Shown here: positions 8,727-16,645 of the stretch, in pieces
How positions within the stretch are numbered: the stretch's first letter is position 1
Layout of the letters: every line of letters begins with the position of its first letter
Assembly: GCF_002310835.1 (NCBI RefSeq)
Contig: NZ_CP011041.1
Span: forward strand, 1,020,001-1,052,000
Length of the DNA stretch: 32,000 bases
Direction: 5' to 3'
Origin: Pseudoalteromonas tetraodonis
Lineage (GTDB): Bacteria; Pseudomonadota; Gammaproteobacteria; Enterobacterales; Alteromonadaceae
Notes under the pieces: model-generated
Databases searched by the model: none
Seen by the model: the letters and a program-made list of their open reading frames with translations, nothing else
Told to the model about the DNA's origin: nothing
Program-made: the position numbers and the translations under genes

Positions 8727-9964
8727 TACTCAATATTGCCTATTGGGTTTTCGATAATGTGTATTTTTCCATCTGGCTGATAATTTGCCATGCATAAATC
8801 GTCAAAACCAAGTGCTTCGTGGGCATCAATATTATTAGCTGACCACACAGCAAAAGGACGTTGGTATTGTTTTATTAAGCCATTAACTGGCATGGTTAAG
8901 TTCTCAAGCGCATTTTTAATTTTTGCTCTGTTGTGCTCTGTATTATCGGTTAAAGTTATTTGTGATATGCCCTGTAACAATAGTTTTGTTAAGTCGTAGG
9001 CATGAATAAATCCAGCCGGAGAAATTAACTCAGTGGGTGCTACAGGGGTAGGCTTGAGGGATAAGCTTTGTGCTATAACATTTTTAGTTAAAGCGGTTTG
9101 CGGCGTTTTTAAAAATGAAAAACAGCTTTGTATAAAATGTAAGCTCAAGTTTGATTTTATGGCTTGCTCAACGTTGGCAAAAATACCCCCACCCGTTATT
9201 CCCCAATGACTAACAATAGGAAGGCGTTCATTTTTGGCAAAACTTGCCATCGCATTTATAAATACAGCCCCCTCAATGGCATTTCCAACAAATAAAATAC
9301 ACTCTGCAGGTGTATTTTTTATTTGATGTAGCATTAATTTGGCGTTATTTATTTTTGTGTTCCAGTTAAACCATTTTACTTGTGGTTTTATATCACCAAA
9401 GGCCTTAAGCATGGTGTTGTTGTTTGATTTTCCCCATGGCGTGTCTTCTAAAAGTAAGAGCGGATTTTTGCAATTTAGAGTTTGCGTTGCAAATTGGGCC
9501 ATTCTATAACCGGCTTTTGTATCATCTACCGAGAGCCTAAATACCCAGTTATCATCGCTAGGGTATCGGGTAATAGACCCTCCGGCAGCCCAAGGCAGTA
9601 GTAGTAATAGTTTGTTTTTATTGATGAACTCTCTATTTTTTATATAGGGCGGGGAGTGCAATCCACCAATAAAAACCAGTGCATTGGGGTCTTTTAGAAA
9701 CTGCTGCATGTGCAATAAGCTGCGATTCGCATTACCTCGGTTGTCTTTTTCAATCAGTGTGAGCTGATAATCTTGCACGTTATTATTAATCTCTGCTAAA
9801 GCAGTCAGCACCCCCATCTTCATTGCATAGGCCGATTCGTAATGGTTTGAATAGTCTGAGTCATGGTAGAGCGTTAATGTTTTCAGATCTTCGCTGCGTG
9901 CACTTAAAGGAAATGCTGCAATATAAAGTACACTTAAGAGGAGTACACAAACCAAAGATCGCAT
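8726..9964 (-). CDS. Periplasmic substrate-binding protein (type-1 PBP, LivK/amide-binding-like fold), probable co-sensor for the downstream kinase
   Basis: 412-aa ORF with signal peptide MRSLVCVLLLSVLYIAAFPLSARS. Length and composition fit the PBP1 family. Its TAA stop overlaps the kinase ATG (TAATG at 8724-8728). Confidence 0.8.
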   Translation of the reverse strand: MRSLVCVLLLSVLYIAAFPLSARSEDLKTLTLYHDSDYSNHYESAYAMKMGVLTALAEINNNVQDYQLTLIEKDNRGNANRSLLHMQQFLKDPNALVFIGGLHSPPYIKNREFINKNKLLLLLPWAAGGSITRYPSDDNWVFRLSVDDTKAGYRMAQFATQTLNCKNPLLLLEDTPWGKSNNNTMLKAFGDIKPQVKWFNWNTKINNAKLMLHQIKNTPAECILFVGNAIEGAVFINAMASFAKNERLPIVSHWGITGGGIFANVEQAIKSNLSLHFIQSCFSFLKTPQTALTKNVIAQSLSLKPTPVAPTELISPAGFIHAYDLTKLLLQGISQITLTDNTEHNRAKIKNALENLTMPVNGLIKQYQRPFAVWSANNIDAHEALGFDDLCMANYQPDGKIHIIENPIGNIE

Positions 9965-10059
9965 AATAAACTTTATGTTAGTAATTTTTATTAAAGTTAG
10001 TCCATTTTGGCGTGTTTTCCTGTTTTAAAAGGAAATTATTTAATTTTTTATAAAATATG

Positions 10060-10089
10060 AAACTGAAATATGATTCAGTTTTTTTTTAT
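10060..10089 (+). terminator. Hairpin followed by T9, terminator-like in plus orientation, with no plus-strand gene upstream
   Basis: AAACTGAA (10060-10067), loop ATATGA, TTCAGTTT (10074-10081), then a T-run to 10089. In minus orientation the tail is weak (CATATTTTA). Confidence 0.4.
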
Positions 10090-10097
10090 TAATGGAC

Positions 10098-10124
10098 ATA
10101 AAAAAGCCAGCTAAGCAGCTGGCT
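10098..10124 (-). terminator. Rho-independent terminator of yghU
   Basis: Stem AGCCAGC (10105-10111) pairs with GCTGGCT (10118-10124). The A-run at 10100-10105 on the plus strand gives a U-run after the stem on the minus strand. It lies 20 nt downstream of the yghU stop. Confidence 0.75.
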
Positions 10125-10143
10125 TATTGAACTGTTTTGACTT

Positions 10144-10986
10144 TTATTTAAAGTCTTGGGCCGTGTGGCGCTCTGCCATTTGCTCTTCTTCCGGGCCCCA
10201 CGTACGATTAACGCGACGACCTCGTTTTACGCCTGGGCGTGCAGCCACTTGTTTAGCCCAACGAACCACATGGGTATAAGATGCAACATCTAAAAACTCT
10301 GCCGCGTCGTATAGGTCACCTAAAACCAGTGAGCCATACCACGGCCAAATAGCAATGTCGGCAATTGAATATTCACTGCCTGCCATGTATTCATTGTCAC
10401 TTAAATGGCGGTTTAGTACATCAAGCTGGCGCTTAGTTTCCATGGTAAAGCGGTCAATCGGGTATTGCATTTTACTCGGTGCATAACTGTAAAAGTGGCC
10501 AAACCCACCGCCTAAGTAAGGTGCTGAGCCCATTTGCCAAAATAGCCAGTTACGACACTCTGTTTTGGCTTTGAGATCGTTAGGAATAAAGGCATCAAAC
10601 TTTTCGCCTAGGTATTGTAAAATAGCACCTGACTCAAATATGCGTGTTGGCGGTGTGGTTGAATGATCCATCAGCGCGGGTATTTTTGAGTTCGGGTTGA
10701 TATCAACAAAGTCAGAGCCAAACTGATCGCCTTCACCAATATTAATTAAATACGCATCGTATTCAGCATCGGTTAAACCAAGTTCTAAAAGCTCTTCAAA
10801 CATAATACTAACTTTTTGGCCATTGGGTGTTGCCAGCGAATAAAGCTGAAATGGATGTTCGCCAATCGGTAGTGTTTTGTCATGAGTAGCGCCTGCAATG
10901 GGGCGATTTATATTAGCAAATTTGCCACCACTTTCACTGTCCCATGTCCATACTTTAGGCGGGGTGTATTCGTTGTTTTCACTCAT
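10144..10986 (-). CDS. yghU: Nu-class glutathione S-transferase / GSH-dependent disulfide-bond oxidoreductase YghU
   Basis: 280-aa ORF. It is near-collinear with E. coli YghU as I remember it: PPKVWTWDSESGGKFANINRPIAGATHDKTLPIGEHPFQLYSLATPNGQKV...GGGFGHFYSYAP...IADIAIWPWYG. Confidence 0.9.
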   Translation of the reverse strand: MSENNEYTPPKVWTWDSESGGKFANINRPIAGATHDKTLPIGEHPFQLYSLATPNGQKVSIMFEELLELGLTDAEYDAYLINIGEGDQFGSDFVDINPNSKIPALMDHSTTPPTRIFESGAILQYLGEKFDAFIPNDLKAKTECRNWLFWQMGSAPYLGGGFGHFYSYAPSKMQYPIDRFTMETKRQLDVLNRHLSDNEYMAGSEYSIADIAIWPWYGSLVLGDLYDAAEFLDVASYTHVVRWAKQVAARPGVKRGRRVNRTWGPEEEQMAERHTAQDFK

Positions 10987-11004
10987 AAATAACCTCTATT
11001 TTTA

Positions 11005-11610
11005 TTAAACGCGTGTTTTAGTTGTTGCCTGCTGATCTTTTAATTTATCTGCTTTTGCTAGTTTATAGCCTAAAAACAATCCACTTAATGCACCAAAAAA
11101 ATGGCTCTCAAACGAGATATGAAAACGCTGCGGTAATACGCCCCAGATAAAGCCACTGTATAAAAATGCTACGATAACAGCAGTAAAAATCGATTTAAAT
11201 GAACGTCTTACAATGCCATAGCATAAAATAAAGCCCCACAAACCATAGATGACACCGCTTAGACCCACATGAATATTACTGCGGGCAAACATCCAAACTA
11301 ATAGGCCACCTACTAAAGCGGTGAATATAAATACACTATAAAAGCGCTGTACGCTGTACTGGCAAATTAACCAGCTTAATACAGCAAATGGCAACATATT
11401 ACTGGCAAAATGCCACCAGCTACCGTGTAAAAAGGGAGCACAAAGAATACCAACCAGCCCTTGAATACTTCTGGGATAAATACCTAAACCGTTTAAATTA
11501 ATGCCAGGTAGGCTATTAATAAGCTGCAATACAAAACAAATAATAATAATGCTAAAAATAGCAAAACGGGTACTGGTAATAAGTGAAAGCGTGTTTGGTT
11601 TAGTGGCCAT
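11005..11610 (-). CDS. Rhomboid-family intramembrane serine protease
   Basis: 201-aa polytopic ORF with FLHGSWWHFASNM (the HxxxN region) and the catalytic-Ser motif GLSGVIYG. It lies 18 nt upstream of yghU on the same strand. Confidence 0.8.
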   Translation of the reverse strand: MATKPNTLSLITSTRFAIFSIIIICFVLQLINSLPGINLNGLGIYPRSIQGLVGILCAPFLHGSWWHFASNMLPFAVLSWLICQYSVQRFYSVFIFTALVGGLLVWMFARSNIHVGLSGVIYGLWGFILCYGIVRRSFKSIFTAVIVAFLYSGFIWGVLPQRFHISFESHFFGALSGLFLGYKLAKADKLKDQQATTKTRV

Positions 11611-11674
11611 AGTGTGATCCTAATTTACCGAAAGTGTTGCCAGTATAGGAATTGTATAAGGTAATGAAAAGCAA

Positions 11675-11705
11675 TTAAAAAAGCACAGCATAAAATGCTG
11701 TGCTG
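11675..11705 (-). terminator. Rho-independent terminator of the DJ-1/PfpI gene
   Basis: Stem AGCACAGCA (11682-11690), loop TAAAA, stem TGCTGTGCT (11696-11704). The plus-strand A-run 11677-11682 gives a U-tail on the minus strand. Confidence 0.75.
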
Positions 11706-11725
11706 ATTTGAGTTGTTGGCTGCTA

Positions 11726-12409
11726 TTAACCTAGTTTAGTTAATAGCTTTTTAGCTGCAAGTTCTGAGCTTGCTGGGTTTTGACCGGTGATCAATAAACC
11801 ATCTTCTAGAGCAAGTACGCCCCAGTCATCGGTTTTTTGGTAATCGCCACCTTTTTTGATAAGTTCGTCTTCAACTAAAAATGGAACAATGTCAGTAAGT
11901 TGTACAGCAGCTTCTTCGCTGTTAGTAAAGCCCGTTACTTTTTTACCGGCGACTAATGCATTGCCATCAGCGTCTTTAACATTTAAAAATACCGCACTTG
12001 CATGACACACGCCAGCGACTGGTTTTTGCTCTTTAATAAAGCTTTCAATGAGCGATACAGAATCGGTGTTATCGACTAAATCCCATAAAGGGCCGTGACC
12101 ACCAGGGTAAAATACGGCGTCGTAATCAGAAGAGTTTACTTCGCTTAAAACCTTGGTATTTGCCATCAGTGTTTGTGCACCACTGTCTGCATCGTAACGT
12201 TTGGTTGCCTCAGTTTGAAAATCATCAAGTGTACTAGTTGGGTCAATCGGTGGCTGACCGCCGTTTGGAGAAGCCAATGTTACTTTAATACCTGCATCAA
12301 CAAATGCGTAATAAGGGGCTGCAAATTCTTCTACCCAAAAACCAGTTTTTTCGCCTGTGTTACCAAGCTCTGCATGTGATGTAAGAACCATTAGTATTTT
12401 TTTAGCCAT
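11726..12409 (-). CDS. DJ-1/PfpI-family (type 1 glutamine amidotransferase-like, Hsp31-like) protein
   Basis: 227-aa ORF with nucleophile-elbow motif PVAGVCHASAVF and an N-terminus KKILMVLTSH typical of this family. Confidence 0.85.
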   Translation of the reverse strand: MAKKILMVLTSHAELGNTGEKTGFWVEEFAAPYYAFVDAGIKVTLASPNGGQPPIDPTSTLDDFQTEATKRYDADSGAQTLMANTKVLSEVNSSDYDAVFYPGGHGPLWDLVDNTDSVSLIESFIKEQKPVAGVCHASAVFLNVKDADGNALVAGKKVTGFTNSEEAAVQLTDIVPFLVEDELIKKGGDYQKTDDWGVLALEDGLLITGQNPASSELAAKKLLTKLG

Positions 12410-12507
12410 GTAAGGTATTCCTTATGATGATTTAAATTAATTAATCTTGCTTGGTAAATACTATATGCACTAAGAGAGCTTTAAACAACGATGATAAATT
12501 TAACTTA

Positions 12508-12518
12508 ATTGATTCAAT
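12508..12518. promoter_or_regulatory. Small palindrome ATTGA-T-TCAAT in the divergent LysR/DJ-1 intergenic region; candidate LysR-type (T-N11-A-like) site
   Basis: Seen in sequence at 12508-12518, followed by a second ATTGAT at 12520-12525. The position between divergent genes fits LysR autoregulation. No other support. Confidence 0.25.
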
Positions 12519-12565
12519 AATTGATACAATAAGAGGGTTGAAGTTAAAACCGCATTGGAGCACCT

Positions 12566-13483
12566 ATGAAAGTCTCGTTTGAACAGTTAAAAAGCATGGT
12601 GGTATTTGCACAAATTGTAGAGCAGGGCAGCTTAACTGCAGCGGCAAAACAATTAGGGCTGACCCGTGCCGTAGCGAGTTATCACTTAAAAAAATTAGAA
12701 ACACAGCTCGAAGTGACGCTACTTAACCGTTCTACCCGCACTATGGCGTTAACCGAAGCCGGAATGGCCTATTATGAGCGTTGCCGTGTTATTACAGAGC
12801 AAGCTAATGCCGCTAATCAGCAAATAGAAAATATAAAAAGCGAACCCCAAGGGCTATTAAAAATAAGCTGCCCCGTAAATGTGGGGATGCAGTTGATTGT
12901 ACCGGCAATAAATACCTTTAAGCGCCAGTACCCTAAAATTGATATAGATTTACAGCTCACGGATGACGTTGTGGATATTATTAAGCACGGGTTTGATTTT
13001 GCGATTAGAGGGGTTGCACTGCGCGATTCGAACTTACAAGCCACTAAGCTCACTACTATGAGCACGTGTATTTGTGGTGCGCCCGATTATTTTGCGCATT
13101 TTGGCAAACCCACTACACCCGATGAGTTGGTAAAGCATCAGTGGGTGGTTTATCAATTAGGTAGTAAAACGCTGACCTTACAAAAAGAAGGCAAAAAGGT
13201 CGATATTACAATGCAAGGTAGTTTAAGCACCAATAACGCTGCTGCACGCACTGCGTTTGTAGAGGCGGGGCATGGTCTTGGCCGTATTCCACTTTACGAT
13301 GCATGGCCAAAAGTACAAGCGGGTTTGCTGCAAATTATACTTGATGATTATAAAAGCAAAGACATTGAGCTTTATGGGGTGTTCCCGCCTGGGGCGGCGG
13401 GCTCTAAAAAACTGCGTTTGTTTATTGATTATTTAAAAGCGTATTTTGTAAAGCAACATACCGCATTAGGTATGCTTAAATAA
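12566..13483 (+). CDS. LysR-family transcriptional regulator
   Basis: 305-aa ORF with N-terminal wHTH FAQIVEQGSLTAAAKQLGLTRAVASYHLKKLETQLEVTLLNRSTR and a C-terminal LysR substrate-binding domain. It is divergent from the DJ-1/PfpI gene. Confidence 0.9.
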   Translation: MKVSFEQLKSMVVFAQIVEQGSLTAAAKQLGLTRAVASYHLKKLETQLEVTLLNRSTRTMALTEAGMAYYERCRVITEQANAANQQIENIKSEPQGLLKISCPVNVGMQLIVPAINTFKRQYPKIDIDLQLTDDVVDIIKHGFDFAIRGVALRDSNLQATKLTTMSTCICGAPDYFAHFGKPTTPDELVKHQWVVYQLGSKTLTLQKEGKKVDITMQGSLSTNNAAARTAFVEAGHGLGRIPLYDAWPKVQAGLLQIILDDYKSKDIELYGVFPPGAAGSKKLRLFIDYLKAYFVKQHTALGMLK

Positions 13484-13489
13484 TAGCGC

Positions 13490-14236
13490 TTAAAGCACTC
13501 GGTTAAACAAAGCAACGGCTTGTTGATACATGGTGATAGCAAGTGCTGCGTCGTACCGCTCGCCTTCATCACGCATAAAGGCATGTTGCGCGTTCACTTC
13601 TTGCCATTGGTAATTAATACCCGTACTAACCGCTTGTTGATAAATTTTGTCGCGACCTTGTTGTGGCACATGAGGGTCTTGTTTTCCCCAAATAAAGTGG
13701 ATTTCACCTTGTATATCGGCCATACGTTCAAATGAATTATTCCCTTTATGTGCGGGAAGAGTATCGCTATGAATATCAGTGGCATATAAGCAAAAAGCGG
13801 CTTTTATTGCGGGGTTTAATGCGGCCCTATAAGCTAAATGCCCACCAATACAAACACCCATTGCACCCACAGAGCCAGTACAATAATCGTGTGTTTGCAC
13901 AAAGTCGATTAACGCTTGGGTATCGCTGTCGTGAGATTCAAGCGGTTTTGCCCATTTATCTTTATTGCCTTTATCTTTACCCGCATCGTCATAAGCAAGC
14001 ACTGTCCCGATAGGGTTAAGCTCATGAAAAACTTCTGGCACAAGTACCACAAAACCATGGCTTGCTAAAATAGCGGCGCTGCGAGCAATAGGCGCGGTTT
14101 GCTGAAAAATCTCAGAGTAAAAAATAATGGCTGGGAATTGCCCGTGAGCGTGTGGGCGATAAACTGTAGTGCGCATTAACCCCGTTGGGGTAGGCAAGTC
14201 AGCATGGTGGTGTTGGATGATCATAAAAGCGCTCAA
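13490..14236 (-). CDS. Dienelactone hydrolase-family alpha/beta hydrolase
   Basis: 248-aa ORF with nucleophile motif GAMGVCIGGHLA, which carries Cys in the elbow as in dienelactone hydrolases. The track start is TTG at 14234-14236. An ATG at 14222-14224 (MIIQHHH...) is an alternative start. Confidence 0.8.
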   Translation of the reverse strand: MSAFMIIQHHHADLPTPTGLMRTTVYRPHAHGQFPAIIFYSEIFQQTAPIARSAAILASHGFVVLVPEVFHELNPIGTVLAYDDAGKDKGNKDKWAKPLESHDSDTQALIDFVQTHDYCTGSVGAMGVCIGGHLAYRAALNPAIKAAFCLYATDIHSDTLPAHKGNNSFERMADIQGEIHFIWGKQDPHVPQQGRDKIYQQAVSTGINYQWQEVNAQHAFMRDEGERYDAALAITMYQQAVALFNRVL

Positions 14237-14295
14237 TTAAATAATATATAAAATATATGGTAACTGAGCGCGATAAAATAAACACGCCTTAAAGT

Positions 14296-15621
14296 CTAAA
14301 TACTTGCAGGCATGTTATTACAGCTAGCATAGTAACTTACGGTTGCTGGCCAATCGGAAAAGATACCCATTACACCTACGTCTTGCGCTAACACATCAAC
14401 CACAGTGAACATATCGCCATCGTTATCTATAACATCACTAATTGACTGATAATAATAACCGCCACCTTGATTTAGAGGGCCTGAGCGCTCAAGACTCCAC
14501 GCAATAATATTAAGCCCCGCGGCTTTAGCATCAATAGCATACTGTGAGGGGACAATATTACTGTTGTTATCTATGCTTAATAGCATCCATATGGGTGGCG
14601 CAATAATTTTAACGCCGTCGTTTACGAGCTCTGCCATAGATGGCTGCCATGTTGCAGCGTTGTTTGGATCAAACCCTGCATTGCTGTCGCGCCCATCTAA
14701 ATAGACACTCTGCGCTGCAAATTCAGGATTAGTATTAATCCAATATTTTACGTCAGCTAAATTAAATGATTGCGGATACACTCGCGAAGCGGGTACTTCC
14801 ATTTGCGTGTATTCATTCAGCATTTTTTGTGCGTATTGCGTTTGGGTCATACCGTTAAAGGGCATACTCACTTGAGGGGATTTAAGCTCTGGGGTCATTT
14901 TTACTCCCAGCTCTTTAAAGAGTGCAATACTTTGTTTGTGGGTCATGAGTGTGCCAGAGGTGGCGTATAAGTCAGTGCGCCAACTGGGTGTACCTTTCAT
15001 GTAATCGCTAACATTGGTGGCACTGGTGTTTGCGCCATCCATCTTGCCCTCAAGAGTTAAAAATTCTGCCAAACTAATATCACTGGTACAACATTTAGCT
15101 GAAGCAGGCGTGCCACTGTTAGAGTTTGCAGGGGTAAATGGCTCACTACATTTAGCAGCCAATGTTGGAATGGCTAAAATATTGGTGGTGGTGTGCAAGT
15201 CGCACTGAGAATGACGACATACTAGCTCTTTATCATTGGTAAAGGTGACATCGCATTCGACAACACCTGCTCCCATGCGAGCGGCTGCAATATAAGATTC
15301 TTTAGTGTGTTCTGGGTATTGCATTGGAGCACCGCGGTGACCAATTGAAAAATCAGTACGATAAAAAGGACCTTCTTTGCACGATTCTAATTTTGTTTTT
15401 AGTGCGCTGTCAGCCATATCGTCAATTAAGTAGTCGGGGCGAGTACCTAGTTGCGTATTGGTGCCTTGAGCTACTTCAACAATAACCGGGGTAGGTACTT
15501 CAACAATTTCAACGTTAGTGTTGGTAACAACCACTTCTTTTTCGACTATTTTTACATCGTCATCACAGCCAGTAAGTGAGCTTAATAATAAAAAAGTTGT
15601 CAGAAAAGGTATGCGCTTCAT
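14296..15621 (-). CDS. Glycerophosphodiester phosphodiesterase (GDPD)-family lipoprotein
   Basis: 441-aa ORF with lipobox LSSLTGC and the GDPD catalytic block [44 protein letters not shown]. Confidence 0.85.
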   Translation of the reverse strand: MKRIPFLTTFLLLSSLTGCDDDVKIVEKEVVVTNTNVEIVEVPTPVIVEVAQGTNTQLGTRPDYLIDDMADSALKTKLESCKEGPFYRTDFSIGHRGAPMQYPEHTKESYIAAARMGAGVVECDVTFTNDKELVCRHSQCDLHTTTNILAIPTLAAKCSEPFTPANSNSGTPASAKCCTSDISLAEFLTLEGKMDGANTSATNVSDYMKGTPSWRTDLYATSGTLMTHKQSIALFKELGVKMTPELKSPQVSMPFNGMTQTQYAQKMLNEYTQMEVPASRVYPQSFNLADVKYWINTNPEFAAQSVYLDGRDSNAGFDPNNAATWQPSMAELVNDGVKIIAPPIWMLLSIDNNSNIVPSQYAIDAKAAGLNIIAWSLERSGPLNQGGGYYYQSISDVIDNDGDMFTVVDVLAQDVGVMGIFSDWPATVSYYASCNNMPASI

Positions 15622-15690
15622 TATTTGTCCTTAAAAATAAAAGTGGACGCTACCTTACTAATTATTAATGACAATTTCACTACAGAGTGA

Positions 15691-16545
15691 TTAATTTGCT
15701 GATTTAGTTATTATTTGGTTTACCACTAAGGCAACTAGCATCACTCCCCCGCCAATGCTTAATCTAAGTAGGTCAGCGTCTCGATTCCAAATAAGCACAT
15801 TAACAATTATACCGGCAGGAATAAGTAAGTTGTTCATCACCGCCAGCGCACCAACATTGACAAGCGTCGCGCCTTTATTCCACATAAAGTAGCCTAAACC
15901 AGAGGCCACAATACCTAAATAAATAAGTATGCCCCATTGAGTTGAGGTACTTGGTAATTTGTTAAGATCACCAAATAAGGCGTAACAGGCGCTTGCAACA
16001 ATTAGTGCGCCAATAAAAAACCAACCAAATACGGTTTTATCATCGAGTTGTTTATTAAGCATTAATCGTTTGTAGGTTACTTGGCCGATGGCAAAACTAA
16101 TATTAGCGCCTTGAACCAGTAATAATCCGACTAAAAAGTTACTGTCTAAGTTTTCATAACGAATGGTAATAGCACCTAGTACGGCAATAAACGCAACGAT
16201 AAAAAACTGCGGATTAAACTGTTTATTTAGCGCATCGTTTAAAAGCGTAATGTAAAGCGGGGTCATTACAGTAAATAACAGCACCTCAGGCACACTTAAA
16301 AACAAAAATGAGTGGTAATAAAAGCCATACATAACCCCCAGTTGCAGTGCGCCTATCAGCATGAGTTTACATGCAAGCGGGGTGGGGGTTTTCTTTAAAA
16401 AAGGCAAAAATACTAACGCTGCTAAAGCCACACGAATTAACACACTAAACCATGCGTCAACTTGGCCTGCTAAATACACACCAATTAAACTAAACGAAAA
16501 CGCCCAAAGAAGGGTAACTGCAAATAAATAGCCCATAACACTCAT
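15691..16545 (-). CDS. EamA/DMT-superfamily transporter
   Basis: 284-aa ORF with about 10 hydrophobic helices arranged as two EamA-like repeats. Confidence 0.8.
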   Translation of the reverse strand: MSVMGYLFAVTLLWAFSFSLIGVYLAGQVDAWFSVLIRVALAALVFLPFLKKTPTPLACKLMLIGALQLGVMYGFYYHSFLFLSVPEVLLFTVMTPLYITLLNDALNKQFNPQFFIVAFIAVLGAITIRYENLDSNFLVGLLLVQGANISFAIGQVTYKRLMLNKQLDDKTVFGWFFIGALIVASACYALFGDLNKLPSTSTQWGILIYLGIVASGLGYFMWNKGATLVNVGALAVMNNLLIPAGIIVNVLIWNRDADLLRLSIGGGVMLVALVVNQIITKSAN

Positions 16546-16597
16546 CTTGTCTTAAATAATGGTGTCAGTTTATCTGTTATGTATTGTTCTATAAACA

Positions 16598-16624
16598 ATA
16601 AAAGCCCGCAAGCGGGCTTTTATA
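16598..16624 (-). terminator. Rho-independent terminator of dcp (symmetric, could act in both directions)
   Basis: AAAGCCCG (16601-16608) pairs with CGGGCTTT (16613-16620), and A/T runs flank both sides. Confidence 0.75.
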
Positions 16625-16645
16625 TCAGTTGATTAAAAATATTAA

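Noticed and set aside
10144-14236. YghU GST, DJ-1/PfpI with LysR, dienelactone hydrolase, plus distant MgsA, considered as a dedicated electrophile or methylglyoxal detoxification island
   Set aside because: All are common core or accessory genes in separate transcription units with their own terminators. mgsA is 12 kb away, and nothing indicates horizontal acquisition (no mobility genes or flanking repeats). Thematic similarity alone is insufficient.
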